DNA of 64,000 nt from Candidatus Levyibacteriota bacterium. GTDB taxonomy: Bacteria; Patescibacteriota; Microgenomatia; Levybacterales; UBA12049. Location: positions 463 through 64,462 of the forward strand of contig JBBSGT010000003.1 of NCBI GenBank assembly GCA_038253825.1. The letters are read 5' to 3'. Positions 20,648 to 30,188 of this stretch are shown here, piece by piece (position 1 is the first letter of the stretch; every line of letters starts with the position of its first letter). Both the position numbers and the translations under genes were made by a program. The notes under the pieces were generated by a model that was given only the letters and a program-made list of their open reading frames with translations, made no database searches and had not been told where the DNA came from.

Positions 20648-21750
20648 CTATACTGATTCTAAATTGGCGAGATATTAAAAACCCTGCCGGAGGAGGAGCG
20701 GAAATCTTAACCCATGAATTGGCAAAACGATGGGTCAAACATGGTCATAGTGTCATGCAAATTAGTTCATCGTTTAAAATGGCAAAAACAAACGAAACTA
20801 TTGATGGGGTGCAATTTATTCGGAAAGGCACTTGGTGGACAGTGCAGATCTATGCGTATTTTTATTACAAGAAATATTTGAAGGATAAAACAGATATTAT
20901 AATTGACGAAGTTCATTGGTTTCCATTTTTTAGTTATTTATATGCCCCTAAAAAAACAGTTGCATTAATTTGTGAAGTTGCGAATAAACTTTTATATCAA
21001 ATTTTCCCATATCCTGTTGCACTCATGTGGCGGTTCATTGAAAAAATCTATTTAATTGCTTATCGAAATGTCCCGGCTATGGCTATCTCTCAATCGACCT
21101 ATGATGATTTAGTAGAGGAGGGGCATATTAAAAAAAATCTTATTGTTTTGCCAATGGGTTTAACGTTACCTGTAAAGATAAAACATTTTGCTAAAGAGAA
21201 AACACCTACGCTTATCTATGTGGCGCGTCTAAACAAACAAAAAGGATTATTTGATACAATTCAGGCCTTTGCATTAATAAAAAGCGAAATAAAAGAAGCG
21301 AAACTTTGGCTTGTTGGTTCAGGTGATCCAACAATAATTAATCAGGTTAAAAAGCAAATTACTTTGCATAAATTAGATGGAGCGGTAAAATTATTTGGCT
21401 TCGTCTCTGAAGAAAAAAAATTTGAACTTCTTTCGCGGGCACATATTCTTATGAGTGCTTCAGCACAGGAAGGCTGGGGGTTAACTGTCCCTGAAGCTGG
21501 TCTTACAAGAACACCGGCTGTCGTATATAATATTCAAGGATTTCGAGATATTATCCAAGATGGAAAAGAAGGTATGTTAGTTGACAAAAATCCTGGGGCA
21601 TTAGCAAACGGAGTTGTAGCATTATTAAATAAAAAAGAGTTATACAAAAAAATGCAGGATGCAGTAGAGAAGAAAGCCAAAAGTTTTTCTTGGGATACTT
21701 CAGCAGAAAAAAGTTTACAATTTATCAATTATTTCTTAGATAAAAAATAG
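20644..21750 (+). CDS. GT4 family glycosyltransferase
   Basis: 'SAQEGWGLTVPEAGLTRTPAVVYNIQGFRDIIQDGKEGMLV'. Confidence 0.8.
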   Translation: MTILILNWRDIKNPAGGGAEILTHELAKRWVKHGHSVMQISSSFKMAKTNETIDGVQFIRKGTWWTVQIYAYFYYKKYLKDKTDIIIDEVHWFPFFSYLYAPKKTVALICEVANKLLYQIFPYPVALMWRFIEKIYLIAYRNVPAMAISQSTYDDLVEEGHIKKNLIVLPMGLTLPVKIKHFAKEKTPTLIYVARLNKQKGLFDTIQAFALIKSEIKEAKLWLVGSGDPTIINQVKKQITLHKLDGAVKLFGFVSEEKKFELLSRAHILMSASAQEGWGLTVPEAGLTRTPAVVYNIQGFRDIIQDGKEGMLVDKNPGALANGVVALLNKKELYKKMQDAVEKKAKSFSWDTSAEKSLQFINYFLDKK

Positions 21751-24363
21751 GACTTTCGGGCATAATAATATATTTCATAACAAACAAAGAGTAATATGAG
21801 CCCCCATAAAACTCCAGAAAAAATTAAAGATAATTTATACACTTTATTAGGAAAATAATTTATTTCTGTTATCTTACCGTCATTGGCTATGAATGTCATA
21901 CCATATAAATCACTCATAAATTTAGTAGATGGTGTATTGCTCTGCCAATAGTCTCCATAGCTAAAATGATAAGTAAGATATTTAGCCGGTTTCATTACTG
22001 TCACCTTATCTTCTCCTACTATCGTATACTGCGTTTTTGATGAAATTTCACTTGGAGTATGGTTAAGAACAGTCATATGAGATAAATTAGTTTTAACATT
22101 CTTCTCTTCAGTTAGAAAGATTTTATCCGGTACCAGTACTAGCTGATCTATAACAGTAAAATGAGTATCCGGTTTTGTCAACGTAAGATACGATAAGGAA
22201 CGGTTACTGGTAACCGTTCCACCATATATCCATTGTAAATGGTTTTTTGTATCAAGAGGAATACTTTTTGTGGTATCTCCCAATGTAATAGTGAGATTGG
22301 CGAGGCCTGGGGCAGATAGAGCTTTTAAAAGTATTATATATCTTCCTGCGGCGAGAGAATGCCTTATATGCATCAATCCGGTTGTTTGTGATACAACTGA
22401 TCTGCCACTGGTAAATAACTCACCACTATTCTGAATATACGGCATTTTCGATGGTTCAAAGTTAGAAAAAATTTTATCATAATCCCATCCAGCTTTTAGT
22501 ATGTCGACATTATAATTATGTGCCAATCTCTCTGATGTCAATACAAGGGAAGGGTTGTCTGTATCAATAACTAAATCTTCTTTTTTTAGGATAGATAAAT
22601 CCTTTATTTCACTATTGACCATTTGATTGAGTAGAATTATTGGGCGAGTAGAGCCATTTTTATTATTTTTAGCAATGGTATTAAGATTCCCGATAGCGAA
22701 AATGGGTTTTTGGGTTAAGACTAAAGGACTAGCATGTTTATTTTCAAAGAAACTAAGAGTACTGTTTTTATATAATAATTGATAATCATTTTTGCTGTCA
22801 CTGAGCAGATCCGCTGCTTGTGTAGCAACTTCTTTTGCTGTGTCAAATTTTGTGAGAGAATTATCAGTAATCAAATATCTCACACCTAATGGAGTAAGAT
22901 AATGAGCATTATATGATTCAGTATAATTTTTATAGAGAAAGGCTGTTATCTGATTTGAGTAACTATCAGGATATGCTTCAGTACTAACTAATGGCAGCTC
23001 AAAGGGGATAAGCATATCAAAGACAGTACCTGATGAGAGCGGTAACGGATTGTTATACCATGAGTAAGCATTTATCCCTTGGAAGTCTGGAAGAGGAAAT
23101 ACTCTTCCTTCTTTTTTATTGCTTATATTAGTGGTGATAAAATCCTGAAGTTTACTATATGAATCAGGGATCATCGTTCTCTGAAGCGTAAAAATTCTCG
23201 GCACAGAAATATTTTTATAATTGACAAGTAAAATTATTACTAAAGAGATAGTAATGAAAACAATTTTCCACCATTTATTTATAACGGTTTTTGGAGTAAA
23301 ATCCGCAATAATAAGTGACATACATAATACTACCCCACCTAAAAAACGCGAAGGGTCTCTAAAGTAATGCATGAAAAAAAGATTTTGATATATCAATTTA
23401 CTAATGTTCTCTCCAGGAGTATGTAATCCTTTCGCTAAAAACAAAAAAATAAGCAAACAACTAAAGTAGAGCCAAGTGCGCTTTTTGTTAAAAATAAAAA
23501 GAATGAGTGTGATAGCTATAGGAATAAGCTGTAAGTATTCAAATGCTGTCCATGTAAATGTTGTGAAAGGATACCAGACAGTTTCAAGTCTGAGTACATT
23601 GTAAAGTTGGGATTGTGCACCATTAGATGCTACTGCATTGAGTGAAAAATATTGATTGGGCGCAGTAAATGTACGTTCTGGATAAAGGACGCTCGGCGAA
23701 ATATTATATAAGTTGAGCAATAGAAAGATGATCGTGGCTATGCAATAGAAGCTAAGTAATTTAGAAATATGAAAAAAATCTTTTCTTAATAATAAAGTCA
23801 GTAAATGAAAAAACTCCTGCCATAATTAAAAAATGCGGTTGGGCAAGAACAATGATTGATCCGAATAAGGCATAGAGTACTGACCAAAATGAAAGATTTT
23901 GCCAGGTAAACTGCTTTTGATCTGCAACCTTTAAGGGAATAGTAATTAAAAATGGCAATAAAGCATACACGATATTTAATTGCCAGTAACCCGAATAAAG
24001 TCTATCGATAATCCAAAGATTTCCACAAAAAAAAATTGCCCCAAGAATAATAAATACATTTATTTTTTTGACAAGTTTAAGTGCTAAAATAAATGTTATA
24101 AAAGATAAAAGAATGGTTATAAAAAAGTAAATATAATCCCAATTGTTCGGGAATAGTCTCTGGAAAGCGTATAATGAAGATAAGATTGGCAGTGTTCTTA
24201 AGCCTGAATCAGATCCCCATACGAAATCAGCAATTGGCCGGATGGGAATACCTTGCTGATACGCTCCTAGTTCTATAAGGCTGTTTGGAAGATTCCAAAG
24301 TCGTGTTAAAAGTATGAAGAAGTTATTACTTACAATGAATTCTCCAAATGCTAAAATGTCCAT
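21729..24363 (-). pseudogene. YfhO-like large GT-C membrane protein, split into two frames (200-aa N-terminal ORF 23761..24363 plus a 663-aa ORF) at or near an A7 homopolymer
   Basis: The two adjacent minus-strand ORFs are in different frames, and the downstream frame stays open back across the stop of the upstream one. An A7 run lies at 23772-23778. Together they reproduce the N-terminal TM region (GGDF-like loop) and the C-terminal 'GVRYLI...FSYGDYWQS' motifs of the intact paralogs at 32460 and 35769. This is either a frameshift pseudogene or an indel error. Confidence 0.45.
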
Positions 24364-24510
24364 AAATAAGGTAAATTCCTACGCAATATTGCAAAAAATA
24401 TAGAATAATAGTATCATAATTGCAGGTTTTAAAGTAGAGTAAGACTATATGTCTGCAGAATCTTCTTTCGTATCAATAATAATTTCAGTTTAGCAATTTG
24501 TAATAAAAAT

Positions 24511-25344
24511 ATGAATCAAAAACAAGAAAAAAAACCACTTATTACCATTGCAATTGCTACATATGATTCTGGTAACACAATAGAAAAATGTCTCAAATCG
24601 ATACAAAAACAAACATACCCCAATCTTGATATTATTGTTGTTGATAGTAAATATTACGATAAGTACAAACAAGAAGCTTGTAAAAAAATAATCACGAAGT
24701 ATGCTCGATATTTTAAAGATGGTCCTGAGCGAAGTATTCAACGTAACAGAGGAATAAAAGAAGCAAAAGGGGAATATATATTAATTATTGATCAGGATAT
24801 GTATTTGTCACCTAACGTTGCAGAAGATTGCCTGAATACATTGTTGAAAAATAACTGTCACGCCATATTAATCCCTGAAATTTCAATAGGTGAAGGGTAC
24901 TGGACTAAATGCGTGGCACTGGATCGCTATGTAACTACTTATTTGGAAGATGGAAAAAATGAATGTTGCAGATTTTTTAGTAAAAAGGATGCATTAGTAA
25001 TTGGTGGATATGATCCTACAATTGTTGGTGCCGAGGATGCTGATTTTCACTACCGCATGTCAAAATTAGGATATATAAAGAAAATAAAAAGTATTATTTA
25101 TCATGATGAAGGGGTTACAAAATTTTCTGCCCGTGTGAAAAAGAAATATTATTATAGTAAAGCATTTCGGAGATTTGTCCAGAGATATCCCGATGCAGCT
25201 ACTGCGCAGTTTTTCCCATTAAAGAAAGCCTATTTTAAGCACTGGAAATTATTCATTAAAGACCCACTAGTTACTTTAGGTATTATTACGCTTAGAACTG
25301 CTGAGGTCAGTGCTGGTATACTAGGGGTAATGATAAAAAAATAA
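24511..25344 (+). CDS. GT2 family glycosyltransferase
   Basis: 'ITIAIATYDSGNTIEKCLKSIQKQTYPNLDIIVVDS', 'IDQDM' and 'GAEDADFHYR'. Confidence 0.7.
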   Translation: MNQKQEKKPLITIAIATYDSGNTIEKCLKSIQKQTYPNLDIIVVDSKYYDKYKQEACKKIITKYARYFKDGPERSIQRNRGIKEAKGEYILIIDQDMYLSPNVAEDCLNTLLKNNCHAILIPEISIGEGYWTKCVALDRYVTTYLEDGKNECCRFFSKKDALVIGGYDPTIVGAEDADFHYRMSKLGYIKKIKSIIYHDEGVTKFSARVKKKYYYSKAFRRFVQRYPDAATAQFFPLKKAYFKHWKLFIKDPLVTLGIITLRTAEVSAGILGVMIKK

Positions 25345-25345
25345 T

Positions 25346-26272
25346 ATGAGCACAATTTCACTAAAAAATAAAAGAGTTCTTATAACAGGAATCAGCGGTT
25401 TTGTTGGTATGCACTTAGCCCGAGCTGTAGAGAAAAAAGGTGCTAAAGTATTTGGAATATCAAGATCTAAAGAAAATTTAACAATTTTTAGATCTAACGT
25501 TATAGACTTTTCAAAAATAAATGAAATTATCAAAAAGAACAAGATAGAAATATGTTTTCATTTAGCGGCAGAATCTCTTGTGGAATCTGGACAAAGTGAT
25601 CCATATCAGACATTTAAGATTAATATAATAGGAACACTTAATCTGCTCGAAAGTGCGCGAATTAATAAACTAGAGAAAATAATTATTGCTTCAACATCTC
25701 ATGTTTATGGTAATAATCCTGTGCCGTATAAGGAGGATTACCCTCCGAAACCATCACGTCCCTATGAAACATCAAAGACATGTGTTGATCTCATTGCACA
25801 GTCATATGCAGATACATTTAATTTGCCTGTTCTTATTCCTAGGTTCAGCAATACGTATGGACCAGGTGATACGAATTTTAATCGTTTAATTCCGAAAACA
25901 ATACAAAGTGTTCTACATAATGAAGCACCCAAAATGTGGGGAGGAGATGCATTGAGAGATTACATTTATATTGATGACGTTGTCGATGCATACATAAAAC
26001 TTGCAGAGATACCTTCAGCCACAATTGAAAAAAATAGAATTTTCAACTTCGGTACAGGAACGACAATATCGGTAAAAGATGTTATTGCAAAAATCATTGA
26101 CGTTGCAAATGCAAATTTAAAAATAGAAACTAATAATGAAGTAAGATCCTTAGAAATTAGCGAACAATTTGTATCTTCCGAAAAAGCAAATCGTATAATC
26201 AAGTGGAAACCACAAGTAACTTTTGATGCAGGAATTGTAAACGCTATTGCTTGGTATAAGGCAAATAGTTAG
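25346..26272 (+). CDS. NAD-dependent sugar epimerase/dehydratase/reductase (extended SDR)
   Basis: 'VLITGISGFVGMHLA' Rossmann motif and the catalytic YETSK. 308 aa, so shorter than typical 4,6-dehydratases and more like an epimerase/reductase. Confidence 0.75.
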   Translation: MSTISLKNKRVLITGISGFVGMHLARAVEKKGAKVFGISRSKENLTIFRSNVIDFSKINEIIKKNKIEICFHLAAESLVESGQSDPYQTFKINIIGTLNLLESARINKLEKIIIASTSHVYGNNPVPYKEDYPPKPSRPYETSKTCVDLIAQSYADTFNLPVLIPRFSNTYGPGDTNFNRLIPKTIQSVLHNEAPKMWGGDALRDYIYIDDVVDAYIKLAEIPSATIEKNRIFNFGTGTTISVKDVIAKIIDVANANLKIETNNEVRSLEISEQFVSSEKANRIIKWKPQVTFDAGIVNAIAWYKANS

Positions 26273-26322
26273 AAATAGTTCTATGTTGCTTTTGGACTGC
26301 TGTCTCTATATAATTTAGTTAC

Positions 26323-27498
26323 ATGATTAAGCTTATTAAATCAACCTTTTATAATGAAAAAGATACAAAGAAGAAATTGGTCGACTTCATAAATACGACG
26401 GAAATGATGAGTTTTGGTCCTCAATGTAATACCTTTGAAGAAAAATTTGCAAAATGGCAAGGACGGAAACATTGTATATTTCTTAACAGTGGTAGTTCAG
26501 CAAATCTTGCTATCGTCCAAGCCTTAATTAATTTAGGCAAAATAAAACAAGGAAATAAAGTCGGATTTTCTCGCCTCACATGGTCAACCAACGTCATGCC
26601 ACTGATTGAATTAAGTTTGGAAGCTGTGCCAATTGATGTAGAAATCGATACACTTAATGTTTCAAGTGCCAAACTTCGTGAGATACTAAAACGCCACACC
26701 CTCGAGATGGTATTTCTTACTAATTTGCTGGGCTTTTGTGATGATATTGATGAGATTAAAAAAATTTGTGATGAAGAAAAAATAATCCTGATTGAAGATA
26801 ATTGCGAATCTCTCGGGACTGTTTATAAAAAGAAGAAACTTGGGAACTACGGCCTCGCAAGTACCTTCTCGTTTTATGTTGGCCATCATATGTCCACAAT
26901 TGAAGGTGGAGCAGTATGTACTGACAGTGAACAACTCGCCACTATGTTGCGAATTGTTCGAGCACATGGATGGGATAGAAATCTTAGTGAAAAGCGTCAA
27001 ACAAAATTGCGAAGCAAACATAAAGTTAATTCAACATTTTACTCTCGCTATACATTCTATGATCTAGGCTATAATTTAAGACCCACAGAAATTAATGGTT
27101 TCATCGGGAATACGCAGGTACAGTATCTTGATGAAATTGTCAAAAAAAGAGAGGAGAACTTTATGCAAATTGCAAAGGCAATTTATTCACAATCGGATAA
27201 ATTTTATCCTGTCCGATATGATCACATTGATGTCTTATCAAATTTTGCGTTTCCGGTTGTTTGTAAAACAAAAAAAATTCGGGATGAATTAGTAGACAAA
27301 TGTAACGGAAAAATTGAATTGCGGCCAATTGTGGGCGGTGATATGACTAAACAACCATTCTTCCAAAAGCATGTAAAACGCTTCAAGTTATCTAAATCAA
27401 ATGCGGCGCTGATTCATGAGCAAGGACTTTATTTTGGAAACAATCCAGATTTGACCGAAAAAGACAAAGAAGAAATTTTCGCAATTTTTGCAAAATAG
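26323..27498 (+). CDS. DegT/DnrJ/EryC1 family PLP/PMP enzyme with His replacing the Schiff-base Lys (sugar 3-dehydratase-like, ColD/E1 type)
   Basis: N-terminal 'FEEKFAKWQGRKHCIFLNSGSSANLAI' is typical of the family. The active-site segment 'SFYVGHHMSTIEGG' aligns with 'SFHAIKNITCAEGG' of the aminotransferases, with His at the Lys position, which is the hallmark of 3-dehydratases. Confidence 0.65.
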   Translation: MIKLIKSTFYNEKDTKKKLVDFINTTEMMSFGPQCNTFEEKFAKWQGRKHCIFLNSGSSANLAIVQALINLGKIKQGNKVGFSRLTWSTNVMPLIELSLEAVPIDVEIDTLNVSSAKLREILKRHTLEMVFLTNLLGFCDDIDEIKKICDEEKIILIEDNCESLGTVYKKKKLGNYGLASTFSFYVGHHMSTIEGGAVCTDSEQLATMLRIVRAHGWDRNLSEKRQTKLRSKHKVNSTFYSRYTFYDLGYNLRPTEINGFIGNTQVQYLDEIVKKREENFMQIAKAIYSQSDKFYPVRYDHIDVLSNFAFPVVCKTKKIRDELVDKCNGKIELRPIVGGDMTKQPFFQKHVKRFKLSKSNAALIHEQGLYFGNNPDLTEKDKEEIFAIFAK

Positions 27499-27502
27499 AT
27501 GT

Positions 27503-28669
27503 ATGAAAATTGGTGTACTGATCGACAGAATGAATGTCGGAGGGGTTGAAAAAATTGCGATAGAACAAGTCAGAGCCCTTCGTGAAATTGGTGAAGATGC
27601 CTATTTAGTTATCCTTCATGAAAGTGCCGTCGTTGAAAATGCTTTCCCAGATTTAGTAAAAACAATTCCTATTATTTATCTCGATCAAAGGGTTAGTAAA
27701 CCTCTCCGTCTTTCTTTTCAATTTCCCGTCTTTCATTTTTTTTCATCATTTCATTTGACCTATCCATTTATCATTCCTTTTGCTTTGAAGAAAAAAGAGT
27801 TTGATTACTTCATTGTTCATGGAACGTATACCGCCTTTTCTGCAATAATGATTAAAAAAATTGCTAAAATTCCATTTTCAGTTTTTATTTGGGATCCGAT
27901 TGATTATATTTTGGGAAGAATGTATGCAAATAACTTTTTAGCACCTGTTCTTGCCATCTTACATGCACTGGCACGCTTTTTGGATGCACTTATCTTAAAG
28001 AATACAGATGCGATTCTTGTCGGAGGAGATGCTCATGATAATTATCTCAAAAAAATTGCACCGCAAACACCAATAATTACTATTCCTCCTTCAGTCCATC
28101 CGTTGAAAAAACTTACTGCGAAAAAGAAAAATTATATTCTTATGGTTACAGCTTGGAAGGAAGGAAAGAATCCAGAATATATTTTCGGACTACTAAAAGC
28201 ATATCCAAAGTTCGCTGTTGTTATGGCAGGAAAATGGCTTGATCCAAATCTTCTTAAGGTATTCCAAAAAAATGTTAAAGTTAGCGGTTTTACTAAACAA
28301 ATAACAGTCACTGGTCAACTTTCCGAAGGACAATTGACCCAATACTATTCAGAAGCACTCTTTTTATTACAGACAAACGACGACCGGGGATTTGGCCTTC
28401 CTGCGTTGGAAGCTGCAGGACATGGAACTACTTTTCTTATTCCGAGAGGACAAGGGGTTTGTAATTTATTTACAAACGGTACTCATGGTTACTATGTTAA
28501 AGAACATGATACAAATACTATTGTAAAAAAGATTAGCGACTTATACGAAGATAAAGAAAAAGCAAAAAAAATGGGTAAGCTAGCTTGGGGAAAAGTTATT
28601 AAGAATTACAGTTGGCGGCAACATGCCGTAAAATTAGTTAATCTAGCAAAGCGATATGAAAAAAAATAG
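27503..28669 (+). CDS. GT4 family glycosyltransferase
   Basis: Start 'MKIGVLIDRMNVGGVEK', C-terminal 'GFGLPALEAAGHGT' region. Confidence 0.7.
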   Translation: MKIGVLIDRMNVGGVEKIAIEQVRALREIGEDAYLVILHESAVVENAFPDLVKTIPIIYLDQRVSKPLRLSFQFPVFHFFSSFHLTYPFIIPFALKKKEFDYFIVHGTYTAFSAIMIKKIAKIPFSVFIWDPIDYILGRMYANNFLAPVLAILHALARFLDALILKNTDAILVGGDAHDNYLKKIAPQTPIITIPPSVHPLKKLTAKKKNYILMVTAWKEGKNPEYIFGLLKAYPKFAVVMAGKWLDPNLLKVFQKNVKVSGFTKQITVTGQLSEGQLTQYYSEALFLLQTNDDRGFGLPALEAAGHGTTFLIPRGQGVCNLFTNGTHGYYVKEHDTNTIVKKISDLYEDKEKAKKMGKLAWGKVIKNYSWRQHAVKLVNLAKRYEKK

Positions 28670-29681
28670 TCCACTTATCTCAATAATAATTGTTAACTGG
28701 AACGGAAAAAAATGGTTAAAGACATGTCTTGATTCTTTAGCAAAACAAACATATAAAAATTTTGAGATATTGTTCGTCGATAATGCATCAAATGATGATA
28801 GTGTGGAATATGTGAAAAAAATGTATCCACATGTAGCCATTTTGCAAACAGGGAGTAATTCAGGATTTGCAGGCGGAAATAATTACGGTCTGAAAAGAGC
28901 AAAGGGAGAATATATTTTACTTCTTAATAACGATACAGCTGCCCCAAAAGATCTGCTAAAAAAATTACTTAAGGGATTTGAAGAATTTCCAAATGCTGGC
29001 TGTATTCAGCCAAAGATGGTGTTACTTGATGATCCATACAAAATTGATTCAGTTGGATCGTATTGGACTGATACATCGTTTCTTTATTATTATGGTTTGG
29101 GCAAGAATTCTGAATTAGCAAAATATAATAAATCAATGCAATTTTTTTCAAACAAAGGGGCATGTGTTATGATTCCGAAAGATATAACCGACAAGATAGG
29201 ACTTTTTGATGAGGATTTTTGGTGCTATTACGAAGAAACAGATTTTTGTCATCGTGTATGGCTTGTAGGCTATGAGTGTTGGTACTATCCCAAAACAATA
29301 ATTTATCACGCAGGCGGCGGAACAGCATTACGCTTTGATAACAGTTTTATCCAATTTCATAATTTCAAAAATAAATTGATGAGTTTTCTCAAAAACTTTG
29401 AAACCGGCAATTTATTTATGATCATTCCTATTTATATTTTTTTAAATATTGTTATTAGTTTTATTTGGTTATTCCAAGGAAAACTCAAACATTTCCTAGC
29501 TCTTTACCAAGCAATTGGTTGGAATATCATGCATTTTAGTAGCACACAAAAGAAACGAAAACAGATACAATCAATTCGGAAAAAAACTGATGCACAAATA
29601 TTTTCTATAACGAAGAAGAACCCAACATTCTCATATTACATCACACTTTTAAGAGGTAATACCGAAACTTATACAGATTAA
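28656..29681 (+). CDS. GT2 family glycosyltransferase with C-terminal TM helix
   Basis: 'ISIIIVNWNGKKWLKTCLDSLAKQTYKNFEILFVDNASNDDS', 'NNDT' and 'YYEETDFCHR'. Confidence 0.75.
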   Translation: MKKNSPLISIIIVNWNGKKWLKTCLDSLAKQTYKNFEILFVDNASNDDSVEYVKKMYPHVAILQTGSNSGFAGGNNYGLKRAKGEYILLLNNDTAAPKDLLKKLLKGFEEFPNAGCIQPKMVLLDDPYKIDSVGSYWTDTSFLYYYGLGKNSELAKYNKSMQFFSNKGACVMIPKDITDKIGLFDEDFWCYYEETDFCHRVWLVGYECWYYPKTIIYHAGGGTALRFDNSFIQFHNFKNKLMSFLKNFETGNLFMIIPIYIFLNIVISFIWLFQGKLKHFLALYQAIGWNIMHFSSTQKKRKQIQSIRKKTDAQIFSITKKNPTFSYYITLLRGNTETYTD

Positions 29682-29690
29682 TTTTTGATT

Positions 29691-30188
29691 ATGAGTAGAC
29701 AAATATTTTTTGATAAATTTTTTCATGGATGGCTCTATATTACGAGTGTATTTCCCAATGTCTATAGAGGATGGTTATTGAAATTGCGATCAGAAAAAGT
29801 AGGGAATGGATTACGTATTGATAAAGATTGCCTTTTTTATCATACGAGTAAATTAAAAATTGGTAATAACGTCTGGATAGGTCGACGTGCGTTTATTTCT
29901 GCAAGAGGAGGTCTAAGCATCGGTGATGATTCGTTGATTGCTTTTGATTCAGTCATATTAACAGAACATCATATTTATAAAAAGGGTGTCTTAATAAGAA
30001 CAACCGGTTTTTCTATAAAGCCTACTGTTATCGGAAATAATGTATTAATAGGTGCAAAAGCTGTGGTGATGCCGGGTGTAAAAATTGGAGACAACGTCGT
30101 AATTGGAATAAATAGTGTTGTAACAAAAAATATCCCATCAGGAAGTATTGCAGCAGGGGTTCCTGCGAAGATCATTAAAAAATGGTAA
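29691..30188 (+). CDS. Hexapeptide-repeat (LbH) sugar O-acetyltransferase
   Basis: Repeated [LIV]GxxxxI hexapeptides (IGNNVWIG...IGDDSLIA...IGNNVLIGAKAVVMPGVKIGDNVVIG). The ATG at 29691 is preferred over the TTG at 29685 used by the ORF track. Confidence 0.7.
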   Translation: MSRQIFFDKFFHGWLYITSVFPNVYRGWLLKLRSEKVGNGLRIDKDCLFYHTSKLKIGNNVWIGRRAFISARGGLSIGDDSLIAFDSVILTEHHIYKKGVLIRTTGFSIKPTVIGNNVLIGAKAVVMPGVKIGDNVVIGINSVVTKNIPSGSIAAGVPAKIIKKW

